From: Camelus ferus
Lineage: Eukaryota
Direction of reading: 5' to 3'
NCBI RefSeq assembly: GCF_009834535.1
Contig: NC_045696.1
Coordinates: 17,982,001 to 18,046,000 of the forward strand
DNA: 64,000 nucleotides
The translations under genes were made by a program, and so were the position numbers. Below the pieces are notes generated by a model that worked only from the letters and a program-made list of their open reading frames with translations, ran no database searches and had not been told where the DNA came from. Of this stretch, positions 40,236-54,210 are shown one piece after another; the first letter of the stretch is position 1, and every line of letters starts with the position of its first letter.

Positions 40236-42461
40236 TAAATGTACAAAATTTTGTCTGTTACACTGATCTTCCAATGTCATGCTGTTTATCTAACTTAGTT
40301 TTCTTAACATAGCTTTAAGGTACATTTCGTAACTGATTAATGGCCTCCCCACATTATTCTTCAGGTTAGCTTTAGTATGTCTTGACTATTTTAATTATTT
40401 CAATTTTCATGAAGCTTAGAATTATCACTTAATTTCCAAAAAAAATTTGTTTGATAATTTGATTGATACTGTATTTATTTGATGAGATTTGCTCTCCTTA
40501 TGATACTTCTTCTTAATCAGGGACATGGTATCTTTCTATTTATTAGTCAAAGAATAAATATATGTACTTAAACTGATGTTTTAATTAACATTTATTATAG
40601 CATTCTAAATAACATGTGTTAGTTTTGGGGGAAGGGAAATGTGAAGAAGAACTAAATCATACTTCTCTGTTTAAATGTAAACACATATACTTTGTTTAGA
40701 ATTTCAAGTATTGAAGTTCCAAGTATTAAAAGGTGTAAGAAATGAAACATAATTTTTACTCATTACTCTATTACTGCCTTTTCTATATTCTTTAGTCTTT
40801 CTTGTTATTAACATAAAATTATTCAGTCTTTATGATTTTTGTATAACTTTCAAAGTATATTTTTATCAAATATTGCATTTAATTATTTTGTTGACATAAA
40901 TAGCAATTGAATCATCTTGAATGTAAGAAAACTTTATTTCATTAAAACATATTTTATATTTTAGACAAGCCCTCATTTTTCCTTAATTTGAACTGCTACT
41001 ATTTTTACTATCTGTTTGGGGTCTATACTATTACTGTAAATGGGTCGACTTCACAGGAAGCAGAATACTATATAAGAGAAAGCCACAGTTGCATCATCTG
41101 GCCCATTAAATGCATCCAGGCAGAGACCAGATTGTTTCCCTCCAACTCTACCCCATCAATGCTGTTAAAGGTGACTGGATTTATCTGACTCTATTGACTC
41201 TGATATAAAGAATGTTTATAGTTTTTAAATATTTTAGTGGGAATGCAAATTGTCTCAATACATTAACATTCTAAACATATAAAATGTAATCAAGGTAGGA
41301 CTGTGATGTAAGAATAATGTTTGTAAATTGCTCTTTAGCCACAGAAGTATATAGTTGCTTCTCATGTTGCACTATTACAAGCCCTGATATAAATAATTAA
41401 ATAGTAGTAGCATTCTCTGAGCAAAGTAACAGGAAGTATACATTTTGTTCCTCTTAGAAATAACAATTCCATTATTTGTTTTGTGTATTCTTTGCAATTT
41501 CCCTCTGGGACTGCATCTATTTTAATACTAGGACAAATATGTTTTCTACCTTATGAACATTTACAGGAACAATATTAGTGATCGTAAATTCATTAGATGG
41601 CTGAAGATCACACTGCGTTTGTACTATGGACATAGATTTCAAGAATATATAAATGTTTTTAAAATATCATCATCATTATTATTATTCCCATATTTGCTTT
41701 AGACTTACCTAAAGATTTTTGTAGATTTACATATGTTAAAAGTTCTTTTATTCCTTTGCTCTAATTCTGGTGTTTCAGAAATATTTTTAAAAACTGTACG
41801 TAAGATTCAAACTGTGATTCTAAAGTTATTTGTTCCTTTGTTTTAATTCATATTAATAAAATGTTTTGTGTGTATCTTTTGAGACAAATTCTCCCCATCC
41901 TTTTCTCCAGTGTCTGTAATTGGCATTTTCTGTCGAAGCAGTCTACTGTGTGAAGTGCTCAAACTCGAAGAGGCTTCTTTAAAGCGTTCCCAAGGAATTC
42001 AGTTATCATAAGCAACCGACAGAATTCAGCAGGAGTGTGTGAGAGAATATAAAACAGACAGCAGCAGCTTGCTGCTAAGTAGCATGAGAATGAAGAGAGC
42101 ACCTGTAGTTGACTGTATTTTTCCCTCTCTGCTTTATACTGCCTCATGATTAGTTATTTGTCCCTTTTATAATTTTCATCTGGCACATACATGGCACTTA
42201 GAACAAGAGTGAAAACAAATCACAGATAAGAGTGTAGCAAAACAATAAATTTTCCTCATTTCATATATCACTTGTCCCTGCTGTCTTTAATCAGGTTTAT
42301 TTTGCACTGACTTCTTAAATGAATTATAGGATGTTTATCAGTGCAACTCGTGGCTGTGAATATAAATAGCAATGGGCAGAAATGAACTGTCTTTCCTAAT
42401 CTTTCTGACATGCTCAGCTAGCACCGTTATGACAGAAAACAGATTTACTGTAATAAACATT

Positions 42462-42575
42462 AGAGAAGGGAGGCAGGAAGAAAGGAAAGAAAAGAGGAAG
42501 GAAGGGAGGGAGGAAGGGGAGAGGGAGAGAGAGGAAAGAAGGGGGAAGAAAGGGAGAAAAAGACAGGAAAAAAAT
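42462..42575. repeat. GA-rich low-complexity polypurine tract
   Basis: Read directly; ~110 bp of almost pure purines. Confidence 0.9.
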
Positions 42576-42953
42576 GAATTTTAAAAGTAGTCAGATATGT
42601 GTTTATAAAGTGCTTCCTGACAATTTCTTGGACGGTCATCAAAATATCTTGATGCAGCAAAAATTGAGTGTTGGGATACTTGCCTCATGACTTCACTATG
42701 AAAATGAACTTAGCAAGACCAAGCTCAATACTTTCCCTTCATCCTGCCCTTTCTTAACTGCCAGATTTAAAAGAAATTCAGTATCCAATGTAACTTATCA
42801 GTTATATTGCTAGTATTGGAAGAAAATTAAATTCATTTGTTCATTACAATGTCCCTTTTAAAACATTATCTAAGCCTGAATAAAATAAAAATATTTTGAG
42901 AAGTATAGCATAAAACTATAAATATAAATTAATTTGAAAATAAACATATTAAA

Positions 42954-43062
42954 AAGATACATGCACCTCAGTATTCTTGGTAGCACCATTAACAACAGCC
43001 AAGACATGGAAACAACCCAAGTGCCCATCAATAAGTGACTGTCTTAAGAAATGTGGTATATA
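42954..43062 (+). mobile_element. Short L1 ORF2 C-terminal fragment
   Basis: AAAGATACATGCACC..AGCCAAGACATGGAAACAACCCAAGTGCCCATCAA..AAATGTGGTATATA. Confidence 0.8.
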
Positions 43063-43309
43063 CCTTGGCCCCCTTTAATCCAGCAATCACATCACTCTGA
43101 CCTCTGCGTCTGTCCTCACAGCCTCTTTTCTGAATTTTGTTTCCATCTGTCTCTTATAAAGACCTTTGTGGTTACATTGGACCCATTCAGATTGTCCAGA
43201 ATATTCTACCTTTCTCAAGATCCTTAACTTAACCACCTCTGCAGATACTCTTTTGCTGAGATTGGTCATAAACATCTTTGGAAGAAGGAGCATTATTCTG
43301 CTTCCCACA
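43063..43309 (-). mobile_element. MLT1 (ERVL-MaLR) LTR fragment
   Basis: CTCTTATAAAGACCTTTGTGGTTACATTGGACCCA..TCTCAAGATCCTTAACTTAACCACCTCTGCA..CATTATTCTGCTTCCCACA. Confidence 0.85.
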
Positions 43310-45479
43310 TGTTCTATCTGCTTAACTTCATTCACTCATTTAAAGTGTGCCCTCAATGGTTTTCAGGTGCTCTCCTCAACCGATCCCACCTCACATTTTT
43401 GTCCTCTAGGTGAAAATTTTGCATTTCATAAACTTTAGCACTACCACTAAATCCTATTTTTAAGCTGAAAGGTTGCATAAAATTAGGTCTCAGTTCAGCT
43501 ATCCTAAAGAGTTAAATAACAACAAAAAGTGATGTTACTTGATTTTTAGTCAAGAATTTTTTAACCTCAGGAAACTAGCAGCGCTCCTTCATTGAGGTTA
43601 CGTTAGAATGACTCCCTCACTTTCTTTCTTTCTCCTCTCTCTCTCCTTAGAAAGTTGGCTTTTACTAAATATTGTAGGTACAGAAACAATACATATAATT
43701 AGAATCAATGTTATTGTAAACTTTATGATTATATAATTCATATAACCATCAATTGTGAATAAAATAATTGCATTGGTAATTTAATAAAATTAAAGTAAAT
43801 CCAAGATTCAAAATGATATTTTGTACTCCAAATTGTCTGAGAATGGAAATTCTTTTCAGACTGTCTCTTGCATTTCCTTTGCCCTTTCAGTGTTCCTCTC
43901 CACTTCTAGCCCATCTTCCAGCATCTCAGTAAGAAATACAGAGAGAATCATAAGTAATTCTGAACCTAACAGAGTAAATCTCTTTTCAGGCACGTCACAT
44001 TTATGTAACTTCCATTTCTTCATGGTCATTCTCTAAAGCTAAAAGAGCCACCTCAATGTTCCACATCTTCTGAAGGACATTTCTATTCTTATTTCTTAAT
44101 GAACCCTTCCACAAATATTTTAAACTCCATCAGTCATCTTTTTCTTGTTTTTCTTTCAAAAACACAAATTATTTTTTCCTACTTAACTGTATTATATTGT
44201 TGTAGGTGTGAATGACTTAACTGGGGCATATCATTATTCAGAAAGGTATACAGAAAACCAAAATACCTCATTATCCAAAGTAGTGAAATGCGTCTCATTA
44301 ATTTACAACAACACATATATTTAATGTTCTTTCCTCTCCAAATATTTTTCTATGGCCTTGAGTAAAACAATATCAAAAATAACTTTTGTAGAAATAATTT
44401 AAATACTTCTAGCTGAGTAATATTTATTATAATAAATATGTTCCCTCATTCTGAATATAAAATATGTTAATACAATCATAATTCACCTAATTAAAAGACA
44501 AAAATCTTTAGATTCTACTAAAATTGCCATTTCCAAAGTTGGCATGAATGTTTTGATAAATTATTATTCCATTTAAACAGGAAACTAACATTTCTTTAGG
44601 TGAATGTAATGAGGAATATTAGCTATCCACTAACATTCAAAAATGTCAACTACTATTTCTAAAGAAATTTAAAATAAAAGCAATTATTTCATATGTGGGG
44701 TTGAGAGATTCTCCTACAACTTAAGTGGAGCCTCCTACACATTTCTTTTATTGCTTTGTTCAGGTGGTGAAATTGAGATATGTGTAGACCTCATGATGAT
44801 ATCTTAAATTATCATTCATTTAAGAAAATCCAAGTTTTGTAGATTTTATTATTAGCAAAGTCTTTACTTAATGAATTAACATTTATTACAGACAGTCATT
44901 TATGAAAGAGCTCTCAGCTTAGAAAGTTCAATTAATACTTCATTGTTGGAGGTTCCTCAATATCTGTAATAAACCTTTCAAAAGATGATCACAATGCAAG
45001 AAAAATGCCAGCATAGTCATTAAAACAATTTTGCTAAATATCCAAAGAAAGTTTAATCAGACCAGAATTTCTCCAATTATGCAGTCAGGGTACTGTTTAA
45101 ATCTGGTAGAGGGAGGGTCCAGGAACATTCCTCTAACCTCCTTTCTGTTGAACCGATGTCTAAATAGGAAGAAAAAAAATTGCTTATCACTTTTCTTTAT
45201 ATTCTGAAAATATTGTAGCAAGAATGTTTTCAGATGTAAATCCAATAAAATATATTAAACTTTATGATGCCTATCTTTTTCTGAGTGTTGGGCATTTTCT
45301 TTTGTTTGGGAATATTAACTTATATAAAAAAAAGAAATCAAAATATCTTAAGGTGCAAAGACTGATATAGTACATGACAATTTTAATAACGATGTACTTA
45401 CACTTAATTGCTTTCTGGTTTTATTCCCAAAAAGCCCACATAATTTTAATCAGTGGTTATACAAATTCTTACTACTGAC

Positions 45480-46160
45480 ACAGCTACTGCCCTCACCTAA
45501 GTCACCATGACATTTCACTTAGATTGTTGCAATAGCTCCTAAGACTCCCTGCTGCCACTTTTGCCTCTCTGCCGTCTTTTCTCAACAAAGCAACCAGGGC
45601 AATTCATATAAAACATCAAAGCTACATCATGCCACCTCAGTACTCATAAATTCCAGTGGCTTTGTACCTTATCAAGACAGAAACCAAGAGTTCTTAAAAT
45701 ACCATCAAGGGACTATGTGATGTGCTCCCTAAATGCCATTCCCTCAACTCACACCCTATACTAACTTCAGATTCTACTTCACTCTCTCCCTTCCTCTTAC
45801 TCTGAGCTGTATTAGCTGCCTTGCTGTTTCTCAACCATAATACGCTTGCTTTACTCTCATGGTTTTTACATATGTGGTTTTCTTTGCCTGATGCTCTCTT
45901 CACTCAGATAACTTTATCCCACTCTTGCTCCAAGTCTCTACTATAGGTCACCTATTAGTGAGGTCTACACTGACCGTCATAGAAAATGCTCCCCCCAACC
46001 AGGCCTTGGCATACACTGTCTTCTCACTCACTTGCTTTAATTTTCTTCAAAACATTTATTGCCACCTGACTTGCTTTAAATTCACTTGTTTTATCTGTTT
46101 ATTGCCAGTCTACCACCAATGAAGCGTGTAAGGGATAAATAAGTAAGTAAGGGACAAGCT
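45480..46160 (+). mobile_element. LINE-2 fragment
   Basis: GATTGTTGCAATAGCTCCTAA, TTTTCTCAACAAAGCAACCAG, TTTGCCTGATGCTCT, GGTCACCTATTAGTGAGGTCT. Confidence 0.8.
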
Positions 46161-46201
46161 AAGAAATGAATGCAAGAAAAGGAAGAGGTTTTCTTCTGTA
46201 C

Positions 46202-46421
46202 CAGAGTTAGGCAATCTGAAGCCCTCAGGATAAAACCAGCCAGCCACCTTCATTTAAAAACTGCTGTATCAGAAAATTCCTTCACATTTGTTCACATATT
46301 GTTAATGGCAACTTTTGCACAACAATGGCAGAGTTGAGTAGATGTGATGGAGAATGTGACATTAACAAAGTCAAAAATATTACTATCTGTCTCTTTACAG
46401 AAAAAAGTTTGCTAACCACTG
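46202..46421 (+). mobile_element. MER58A-like hAT-Charlie MITE
   Basis: Ends CAGAGTTAGGCAA...TTTGCTAACCACTG form an imperfect TIR; internal ATGGCAGAGTTGAGTAG and TTTACAGAAAAAAGTTTGC. Confidence 0.8.
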
Positions 46422-47419
46422 TCTCATACATGATTTCCATTCTCCACTCTTCTTTTTCAAATAGGTAGAAGTAGCTACTATTACAGCATTCAATATTTTC
46501 ATCAAGAAATGGAAATGAGATTTTAGTAACTTGTGGGAATCAAGATTTATACCAGATCAGAAAATGTGGTTTTGCAGTCACAAATTTCACAAGAAAATTA
46601 TTGATTATGTAAAAGGAATTTTAACATTTCTGTTAGCATTCCCTAGGGAAGTCTACTAAGAAAATCTGGTAAGATTGAAACAAAACATGACGGGGTAGTT
46701 ACTTAATCAGAAGAGTTAAAGAGATCACTGAAAAATGAAAGGAAAGCAATGTGGATGTAAGAGATGACATTTCACTGAGATATGTTGTTTTATCTTATGT
46801 GGAGAAGAACATGTGATGTTTAGTTCCATTGAGCAATTAAATATTTAATGAGAAGAGCACTAATTGGTAGAAAATGCTCTTATTGATTGTTTTTTAACCA
46901 GTTAGTAATTGCATATAAAAGTCATATATTAGAGGCTTAATGAGCAATACAAATTACTCTGCCAAAAATGGCATATCATTATCACAGAATTTATGTTGTT
47001 GCCATCCTCACTTTCCCTTGTGGGTTTGAAACCTTAGCAGAGTAAAGAACATTAAATTGAAGTCGATGATTTGTATTCTTTCTCGAAATCTGTTCAATTG
47101 TTTGACTGTCAAAGTCTAGACTGTCAAAGATTCCCTAAGATCTAGGTTCTCGTATGTAAAATATGATTAGTTGTTTATTCCCCCAATTGCTTGATAAGGA
47201 AATAACATGATAAATGAAGTAGAGTAAGGTTGGTAGATGGAAATTGTATTAAATAGTCAATATTTTACATTTATTCTTAAGAAATCTATGCCATGATTAG
47301 ACACACTTCTTTAACAAAGGAAGAACAAAATAAAACTACTTTTATTTCAAACTTAATTGTTTTAATTTTGTGATAACTCAGTCAAATGAATTTTCTTTAC
47401 TTAACTCAGTGAATAATAA

Positions 47420-48370
47420 GTTAAACATACTCGTGTCCACTCTGTAGGTTAAGGGATATCATTTTCCTGGCCATTCCTAAGACCCTCTCTGTGCTCCAAA
47501 CCAATCACAGCTCCATTCCTCCCTCCAACAGTTAATCATTATCCTGATATTTATAGCAATCCGTGACTTGAATTTCTTTACCGTTTATCAAGCAAGTGCA
47601 TAGCGTTAGACACCAGAATTTCGTTTTCCCATTTTTCAGCTTATTGTGTCTTCTACTCTCCATCCCTTTCTTTTCTTTATAATTTATCTGTTTCAGAATC
47701 TGTGAAGACTGACTTAGAACGATTCCCTGAATCTGAATCAGGCTGATTGCAACGCATGGTGCAGCTTAACACATTTCTAACAAAGATTTGATTAAATCTT
47801 AACGTAATAATAGATCTTTTAACAGGAGGCATAGAATGTCTGCCTACTGGCTTTTACTTTTTGTTGTTGCTGTTCCAGCCATTTACACCCAATTTCTCAT
47901 TCTATCTTCCAAGGGAAGCTAAAAATGAAGATTATCTAATTCTATCATTTTATTTTCACTTTTCAGCTGAAATAATTTTGCAAAGTAATACTACCTTTCA
48001 TCTACTATCTGGTTACCCACTGGTACAGTTCATAGAGCAAAGTTGGCACAATCAACTGGATCTTTTATGTCACTCAGTTTAAAACATGAATTACTATTTT
48101 TCACATTAATATGAACTCACTAATTTATGATGGGTTTCAATCCATTACACCTCTTTTCCATATTAAATCTCAAATCTCCCCATCCTTGACAAGTGGGAGG
48201 CTCAGCAGGTTGGACCTTGAATCCTTGGGGCATGTCCCTAGTGGTCCTTAATAGCTATCTTGCTATCTGTTGTGTCAGAAGAGTCCATATTCATTTTGTA
48301 CGTTTTCTTTCCTAGATATGGAATCACCTATTTCTCCAAGAAATTCATTTTTCTTTTAATTGGACAGTAC
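47420..48370 (-). mobile_element. L1MC4/5-like 3' region
   Basis: GGTTACCCACTGGTACAGTTCATA, CAAGTGGGAGGCTC, CCTAGTGGTCCTTAATAGCT, GGAATCACCTATTTCTCCAAG. Confidence 0.7.
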
Positions 48371-48877
48371 AACAATCTGAACTGATCATTTTCCTTAACA
48401 TCCTTATAGGATTTAGGACGAAATAGGTACAGATAAAGTTATATGGATAAAAAAGCCTTGTGAGACATACTAATAATTTCCATTTACATTCCAATAAAAA
48501 ATTATGGAATTTATATAGGACTTCATCTATATTACCTTTGCGTCACATTTCATACACATTGATAATTCTCATTTTCAAGGACATGGGAGATAATAGAATG
48601 AGAATATCCTGTGTTTATTTGTCTGCTTTATTTCACATGGTAGTACAGCTGCCTCAGAATTACAATACTGATGCCACCATCTCTAATTATGATTACTAAC
48701 ATGAGATTTGTTGGTGTTAGTGGTTTGTTTTGTATTTTCTCTATGCTCCAGTTTTTATCATTTCTGTCTTGGTAATGTACATTTTCTCTCCTTGTTCCTG
48801 ATCCAGAGAACATCTGACAAGAGATTATCAATTGTATTGATTTCTCAGTGAAACTGCTTTTGGTTTTACTGCTTTTA

Positions 48878-48922
48878 CTATGTATCTATGTATCTATGTA
48901 TCTATGTATCTATCTATCTATG

Positions 48923-48955
<33 letters not shown>
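48878..48955. repeat. Compound microsatellite (TATGTATC)n/(TATC)n
   Basis: Read directly from the sequence. Confidence 0.95.
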
Positions 48956-49603
48956 CCAGGATTAAGTGGTCTAGGTATGTTTATTTGATCAGTGTGGCTT
49001 CTTTCAGGTCCTTACGTCTTTCTTGCTGACTTTCTCTTTCTGTTTTGCTTGACTTTCTTATTTTCATCCTTCAGGTGTTAAATCAAACAATTTTTCTCCC
49101 CAAAGTCCCCATCCAATTTTTAGATTTGTTTCCAGCTAAAGTGTATCTGTCATGGCAGATAATTCCATATTTCATTGATCTAATTTTCAAAAGTACTAGA
49201 ATGCTGTATTATTTCCAATTATAGTTTTATTTTCATATAACCCACAATTTTAATATATTAGTAATAATCCTTTATAGTTAGATCTATTTAATTTTACATT
49301 GTTTTTATCTTGATCATTTTCACGTGCAAGATTCTAAAGGGTGATTCCAAGATTTATATGGAAATATTATAAAATTACACAGGTTTTTCCCTGAATTTTC
49401 ATGAAAGGATTAATGTAATCCCTGCAATTAATGAGAATCTATCACTACTTAATGGATTTGGAAGTCTGATCATATTATGTTTTGGTAAGCATGATATAAC
49501 GTGAGAAATCAGGTCAGGAGAGAAGATAAATGAAGTATGTTGTGAGTACACAGGTTGTGTTACATATCCCTATCCATTTTGTAGTTATATCTACTATGTA
49601 TAT

Positions 49604-49841
49604 CAGGGGTTGGCAAATTATATCCTACGGGCCAAGCTTAGCCTGCTGCCTGTTTTCGTAAATAAAGTTTTACTGAAACTCAGCCATGCACTTGTGTTTA
49701 CACATTGTCTATGGCTGCTTACATATTACAGTATTACAATGGCACAACTGGGCAGTTGTGACAAAGACCTGTATGGCCCACAAGACTGAAATATTTAAAC
49801 TATGTATGGTCTTTTACAGAGAAAAAGTTTACTTACCTCTG
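49604..49841 (+). mobile_element. MER58A-like hAT-Charlie MITE
   Basis: CAGGGGTTGGCAAA...CCTGTTTTCGTAAATAAAGTTTTACTG...TTTACAGAGAAAAAGTTT; homologous to 46202-46421. Confidence 0.85.
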
Positions 49842-51894
49842 GCCTATATCATCAATATTATTATCTATATCTTATCATGTATATGTAATCTATTTACATG
49901 TATGTATACATACATAGATGTGTATGCATAGGTGAATATATGTCCAAATATATATATATACATATTCCTCCAAGTAAATACTCTCAACATGTATATTCTT
50001 CCAGAAGAGGTTTTTGATGATCCACAAGTAAGATGGATAGATCCTCAAGCAGGATAGGAGTAAGAACACTGAAACAGTAAAAGGAGAACAACAACAAAAA
50101 TAACAACAAAAAAAAGAACAATATTTTGAATCTGGTAAATCCTTCAATTTGGGTCCAAGTTTGTTTTGAGGCTTGGAGCAGATATGAAAATAATGATCAA
50201 ATATGAGCTCACTGTTCTCCTTACTAGAAAATATAATAGATTAAAGCAAATTCATGAGAACAAATAGGTCTCTTATTTTCTTATGTAAATTTAAAGAAAG
50301 TAGCTTAGCTGACCTTGAGAATATAATCTCCTTATTTGAAGACTAGGTTTTAAATATAGAATGCCTCATAAAGCAAGTTTTCTGAGAGTTTTAGCAATAA
50401 AACATATACAGTAAATTGAAGTTTACTTTATATATGAAGGATAAATCAATTGTAATACAAGGAGACATATAACTGAATTGTAAACATTAACATTTTTATA
50501 TTTTCAGTAAAAAAGAAAACACTTGTAATAGCCTATGTAAATAAAATAAGTATATATAAACATACATATATATGAGGGTCTTTTTCATTTTCATTTATTT
50601 TTATGTGCTTAAATGCTGATATCAGTATAAATTTCCCTAAAATCTAATATGACAGATTTACGTGAATGATTTTAGTATTTTTTAGCTCAAAGTGTTCAAA
50701 ATGTGTTTATTTAAGTTAGTGTCTTTGTCCTTATGTATGTAGGGACAGGTGATACTGGCTTATTTAGCCCAGGGAAGTGTTGAGACTTAGAGAAATTGTG
50801 GGAGTGAAATAACACAAGAACTAAGGACTCTTGATGGATAGCGCCATTCTCTTTCTTTGTATGAAGAAAAAACAATTTCACTACAGTAACTCTGTATTCA
50901 ATTGCAAATCCTATACCAATATATTAACATAATTTTTATCATGCTGACACCTCATTAATTACAGCTGATTCTGTGACATAAGTATTGTAAATATCTGATA
51001 CTTATTTTCTCAATATTGTACTGGGTAATACACTTATGTACTAAGTAAGATAACAAGTAGAAAAATATGTTTTGCATTATTTCACATACGGAAGATGATA
51101 GGTTTTATAAACGTATTATTTGCTTTGAAGTAAATGTACAAAGACAGTATAAAATGTAAAGAATAAAATCTTTTTCCCCCAGAAACTCTACCTAATACTA
51201 TTAATATTAGAAACACTTATCTGGCTAAGTATAGTAAAACTCCAAAAAGGTTTTCACAATGTATTACTAAATTTTAAGGGAAAAAAATTTTTTTTTAAAT
51301 TGCTTCACTGCTTGAACATTTCAGCCACTATTTCACTATTGTTTACAATCCTATTTGACCAACTTGTCTGGGTGACTGTGTCCAGCATCTGACCTGCAAT
51401 GTCACAGGGACCTGAGTGTGAATTTTCAGAAGTGAGAAAGGAGATTCAGAATGACATGTCATGTACTGAATAGAGTAATATTTTTTCTCATCATTTCTAT
51501 TGGCCTTTCATGATACCTATTACCCTTTGCCTTTCCAGAGGGAAGGGTTACGTTTCCATTTTATCCCCCTTTTGGTCATTTCTTCTCTTGCCTGCTTACT
51601 GTCACATTCACATCCCTATAAAGGACAATGGCAACAAAAGGAAACAAATCATATAAACACACGAGACAATTATTTCAAGGTAACCAAGGTTTTGATTTCA
51701 AACAGATAACCACTGGCTATTAGGAACTAGTTTTAGGAGCAACAGTTCATTTTACTAGAAGGAAAAACAAAACAAACCATAAAATTATTATTAGACTTAC
51801 AGGAACATGTCCTAATTTTTCCTTTTGTTTATAGTTTGATCAAACTTTAAAGAAGCAATAGTAAAAGTAATAACAATAAAGAATCAATAATAAA

Positions 51895-52100
51895 CAATAA
51901 TAATAATAATAGAGCTCTGATTCTCTACCAGACTCTTTTAAACCCTTTCTATATATTGTCTCTGAGAAGTATTTGCTATTAGAAGTAAGCCCATTTTACC
52001 AATAAGGAAACAAAGTCTTTGAGAAGTTAATCAACTTGCCTGAGGTCACACTATCAGTGACAGCATGAGTCACAATTCTGACCTATGTAGTCAAGCTCTG
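51895..52100 (-). mobile_element. MIR SINE
   Basis: CCCATTTTACCAATAAGGAAACAAAG..AGAAGTTAATCAACTTGCCTGAGGTCACAC core. Confidence 0.75.
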
Positions 52101-53019
52101 GAGAAGCTATATAGCTTCTCACAAAAGAAAATATCTTTTCTGAAAATGAAACATTCCCTATTGTGGTATAATAAATATATAAATCACACTGAAAATCACA
52201 GACAGTAGAAGCTAAGCTTGTGTTCCTTAATTTGTCTTAATAATAATAGTAAAAAAAAAAAAAAAAAACCAAAACCTCTGCAACAGTCACAAGCTGAACA
52301 TTAAAATTATTTGAAAATAATTCATGGCAGTTAGGAAGGAAGCATGGGATAATCCTGTCCTCTTAGGAAGTTATCTAATTCTGTTCAGCAGACATAAGTG
52401 TCTTATCTGCATTTACTCACTATATTCACCTATATTATGAGAGATATTCAAAATTTGGACTTTTTTTTTATCACTATTGTAATTCAGATCAAACATTAAA
52501 GAGACATGATAATTATATATCCAAAATAGTGTTTGAAATACCTCTCCTGACTAATTTTCTCCCATCAAACATGACTTCAAGCATTTAGAAATGATCATTC
52601 AGTAAAATCTTATTCTGAAAGTAAAGTACCTAGCCCAGTTTCCCTGTGACCTACTCTGAGCTTATTTTGTTGATTGAAAACATAAGACTGCTCTTTCAAT
52701 ATGTGAAAACTGCGACAGTCTCAATTTTGTCACTGTTTTATCAAGCAGATATAATCTTTCATAAGAGATTAAGAGCAACACATTCTGGCGTACATTTAAG
52801 CTATGAGAAAATCTTTTTGAACTATTCAAAAGGGAAGGTTTTTTGTTATGAACGTTTGCATATTTAAACATGGACTCGGTGCTGGCAAAAGATAATTTAT
52901 AGCTAGTATGTCACATATCATATTGTCTATACTTTTTCCTGCCAAAATTCAGGTCATTCGTAATAGCAAGTTATGCATTTTATGGGACATTAATCAGGCA
53001 ATCAGCTGTTGCAGGATAT

Positions 53020-53300
53020 TAAAAAGGGCCTTGCTAACGGAGAAGAGTGATTGGAAAATTTCTTAGGAAAACTCAATTATAGATACAACAGTTCATTTAT
53101 TTCAGCTGGCTGGTTAGCATCAACCCTATGGGCAATAGCACATGGGAGTGACAGAACTCAAAATGTATGGAAACTGGGTCCCTGACACCATCAAGCTACC
53201 AGATCAGCCATGTTGTTAGGTGAGAGGTAAATTATAACCAGTTTAAAGCACTGTCCTAAGGTCTCTTTTATAGCAGCTTCACTTATACCTGATTATTCAT
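53020..53300 (+). mobile_element. Old MLT1 (J/K-like) LTR fragment
   Basis: ATGGAAACTGGGTCCCTGACAC..GTTTAAAGCACTG..TAGCAGC..CCTGATTATTCA. Confidence 0.55.
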
Positions 53301-53906
53301 TACATCACATTAACCAATGCTAACATATCACTCAATGAATCTGAAAGCTTTCATTATAACGGGTACATTTTATAAATATATTTTTTCTGTTATTTCTCTT
53401 AATTATTTCTATATGCCAGTTCACTAATCTATCATAACTAAATATACTAAAATATAGAGATAGTGTTCACTCAGTTTGTGCTTTCTGTGTGTGTGAATTA
53501 AAAGTTTTGATTGGTTAATCTATAAATAATTGCACACAGAGAGAATTTTATGTTATCTATACAAATCCTATTTTTCATACTATTTCAAACCCAATCAATC
53601 ATTTGAGAAAAATAGGATTCCATTAAGAAATGGCTTTCTGCAGAGCAACTGCAAAGCAAATTACACAAAAGAAGACAGTTTCCCTCCTCCTGAAATTCAA
53701 ATTTCTGACATAGAGCACACAGTCCTCCGCGCATTAAATAATCCACGCGGTCCATCCTCCTGCAGCTTTGGCTTCCACTCAGCTTGGAGCTAGATTTTGC
53801 TTTTCTGCTCCCATTTCAATACCTTAGTGATGATGGGAAATGAAGTCAGAAAGGGAACAAAGGGCTTGATGTTACTCTACGTAAGTATTTCAGAAGATCT
53901 ACTCCT

Positions 53907-54184
53907 GCCACCCCTCTCCCTCCCTCTCTGGAGACAGCCCACACTCTGTCTATGGACTGTGTACCTACTTTTAATCTGAGCTCCCAACCCCCACACCTCA
54001 TGGCCTTTCTCTTGCCTTTCAATGTATCTCTCTGGATAAATCTACCTTCACTCAACTGTGGCTCGCTCTTGAATTATTTCCTGCGCGAAGCCAAGGATCT
54101 ACGCTTGGCGGGGCACGTCCCAGGGGCTCAACCGAAGCCTGGGACACGGCCCTCCTCATGCCCCATATCTGTTTTCCTGCATCA
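53907..54184 (+). repeat. 5' truncated LTR (R + U5 only)
   Basis: 53907-54051 aligns without gaps to the 3' R (17 mismatches in 145). The following sequence ends in ...GCATCA at 54184, complementary to the TGA... LTR start at 58815, and the PBS follows. Confidence 0.88.
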
Positions 54185-54190
54185 TATCTC

Positions 54191-54210
54191 TGTCACCCAA
54201 TGTGTGGGGC
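54191..54210 (+). promoter_or_regulatory. Degenerate primer-binding site, tRNA-Lys(CUU) type
   Basis: TGTCACCCAATGTGTGGGGC versus canonical TGGCGCCCAACGTGGGGC: two CpG-type transitions, one G>T change and a 2-nt insertion. It lies 6 nt after the U5 end. Confidence 0.7.

Noticed and set aside
42372..42660. Charged or Ser/Pro-rich ORFs
   Set aside because: Translation artefacts of the GA-rich simple repeat.
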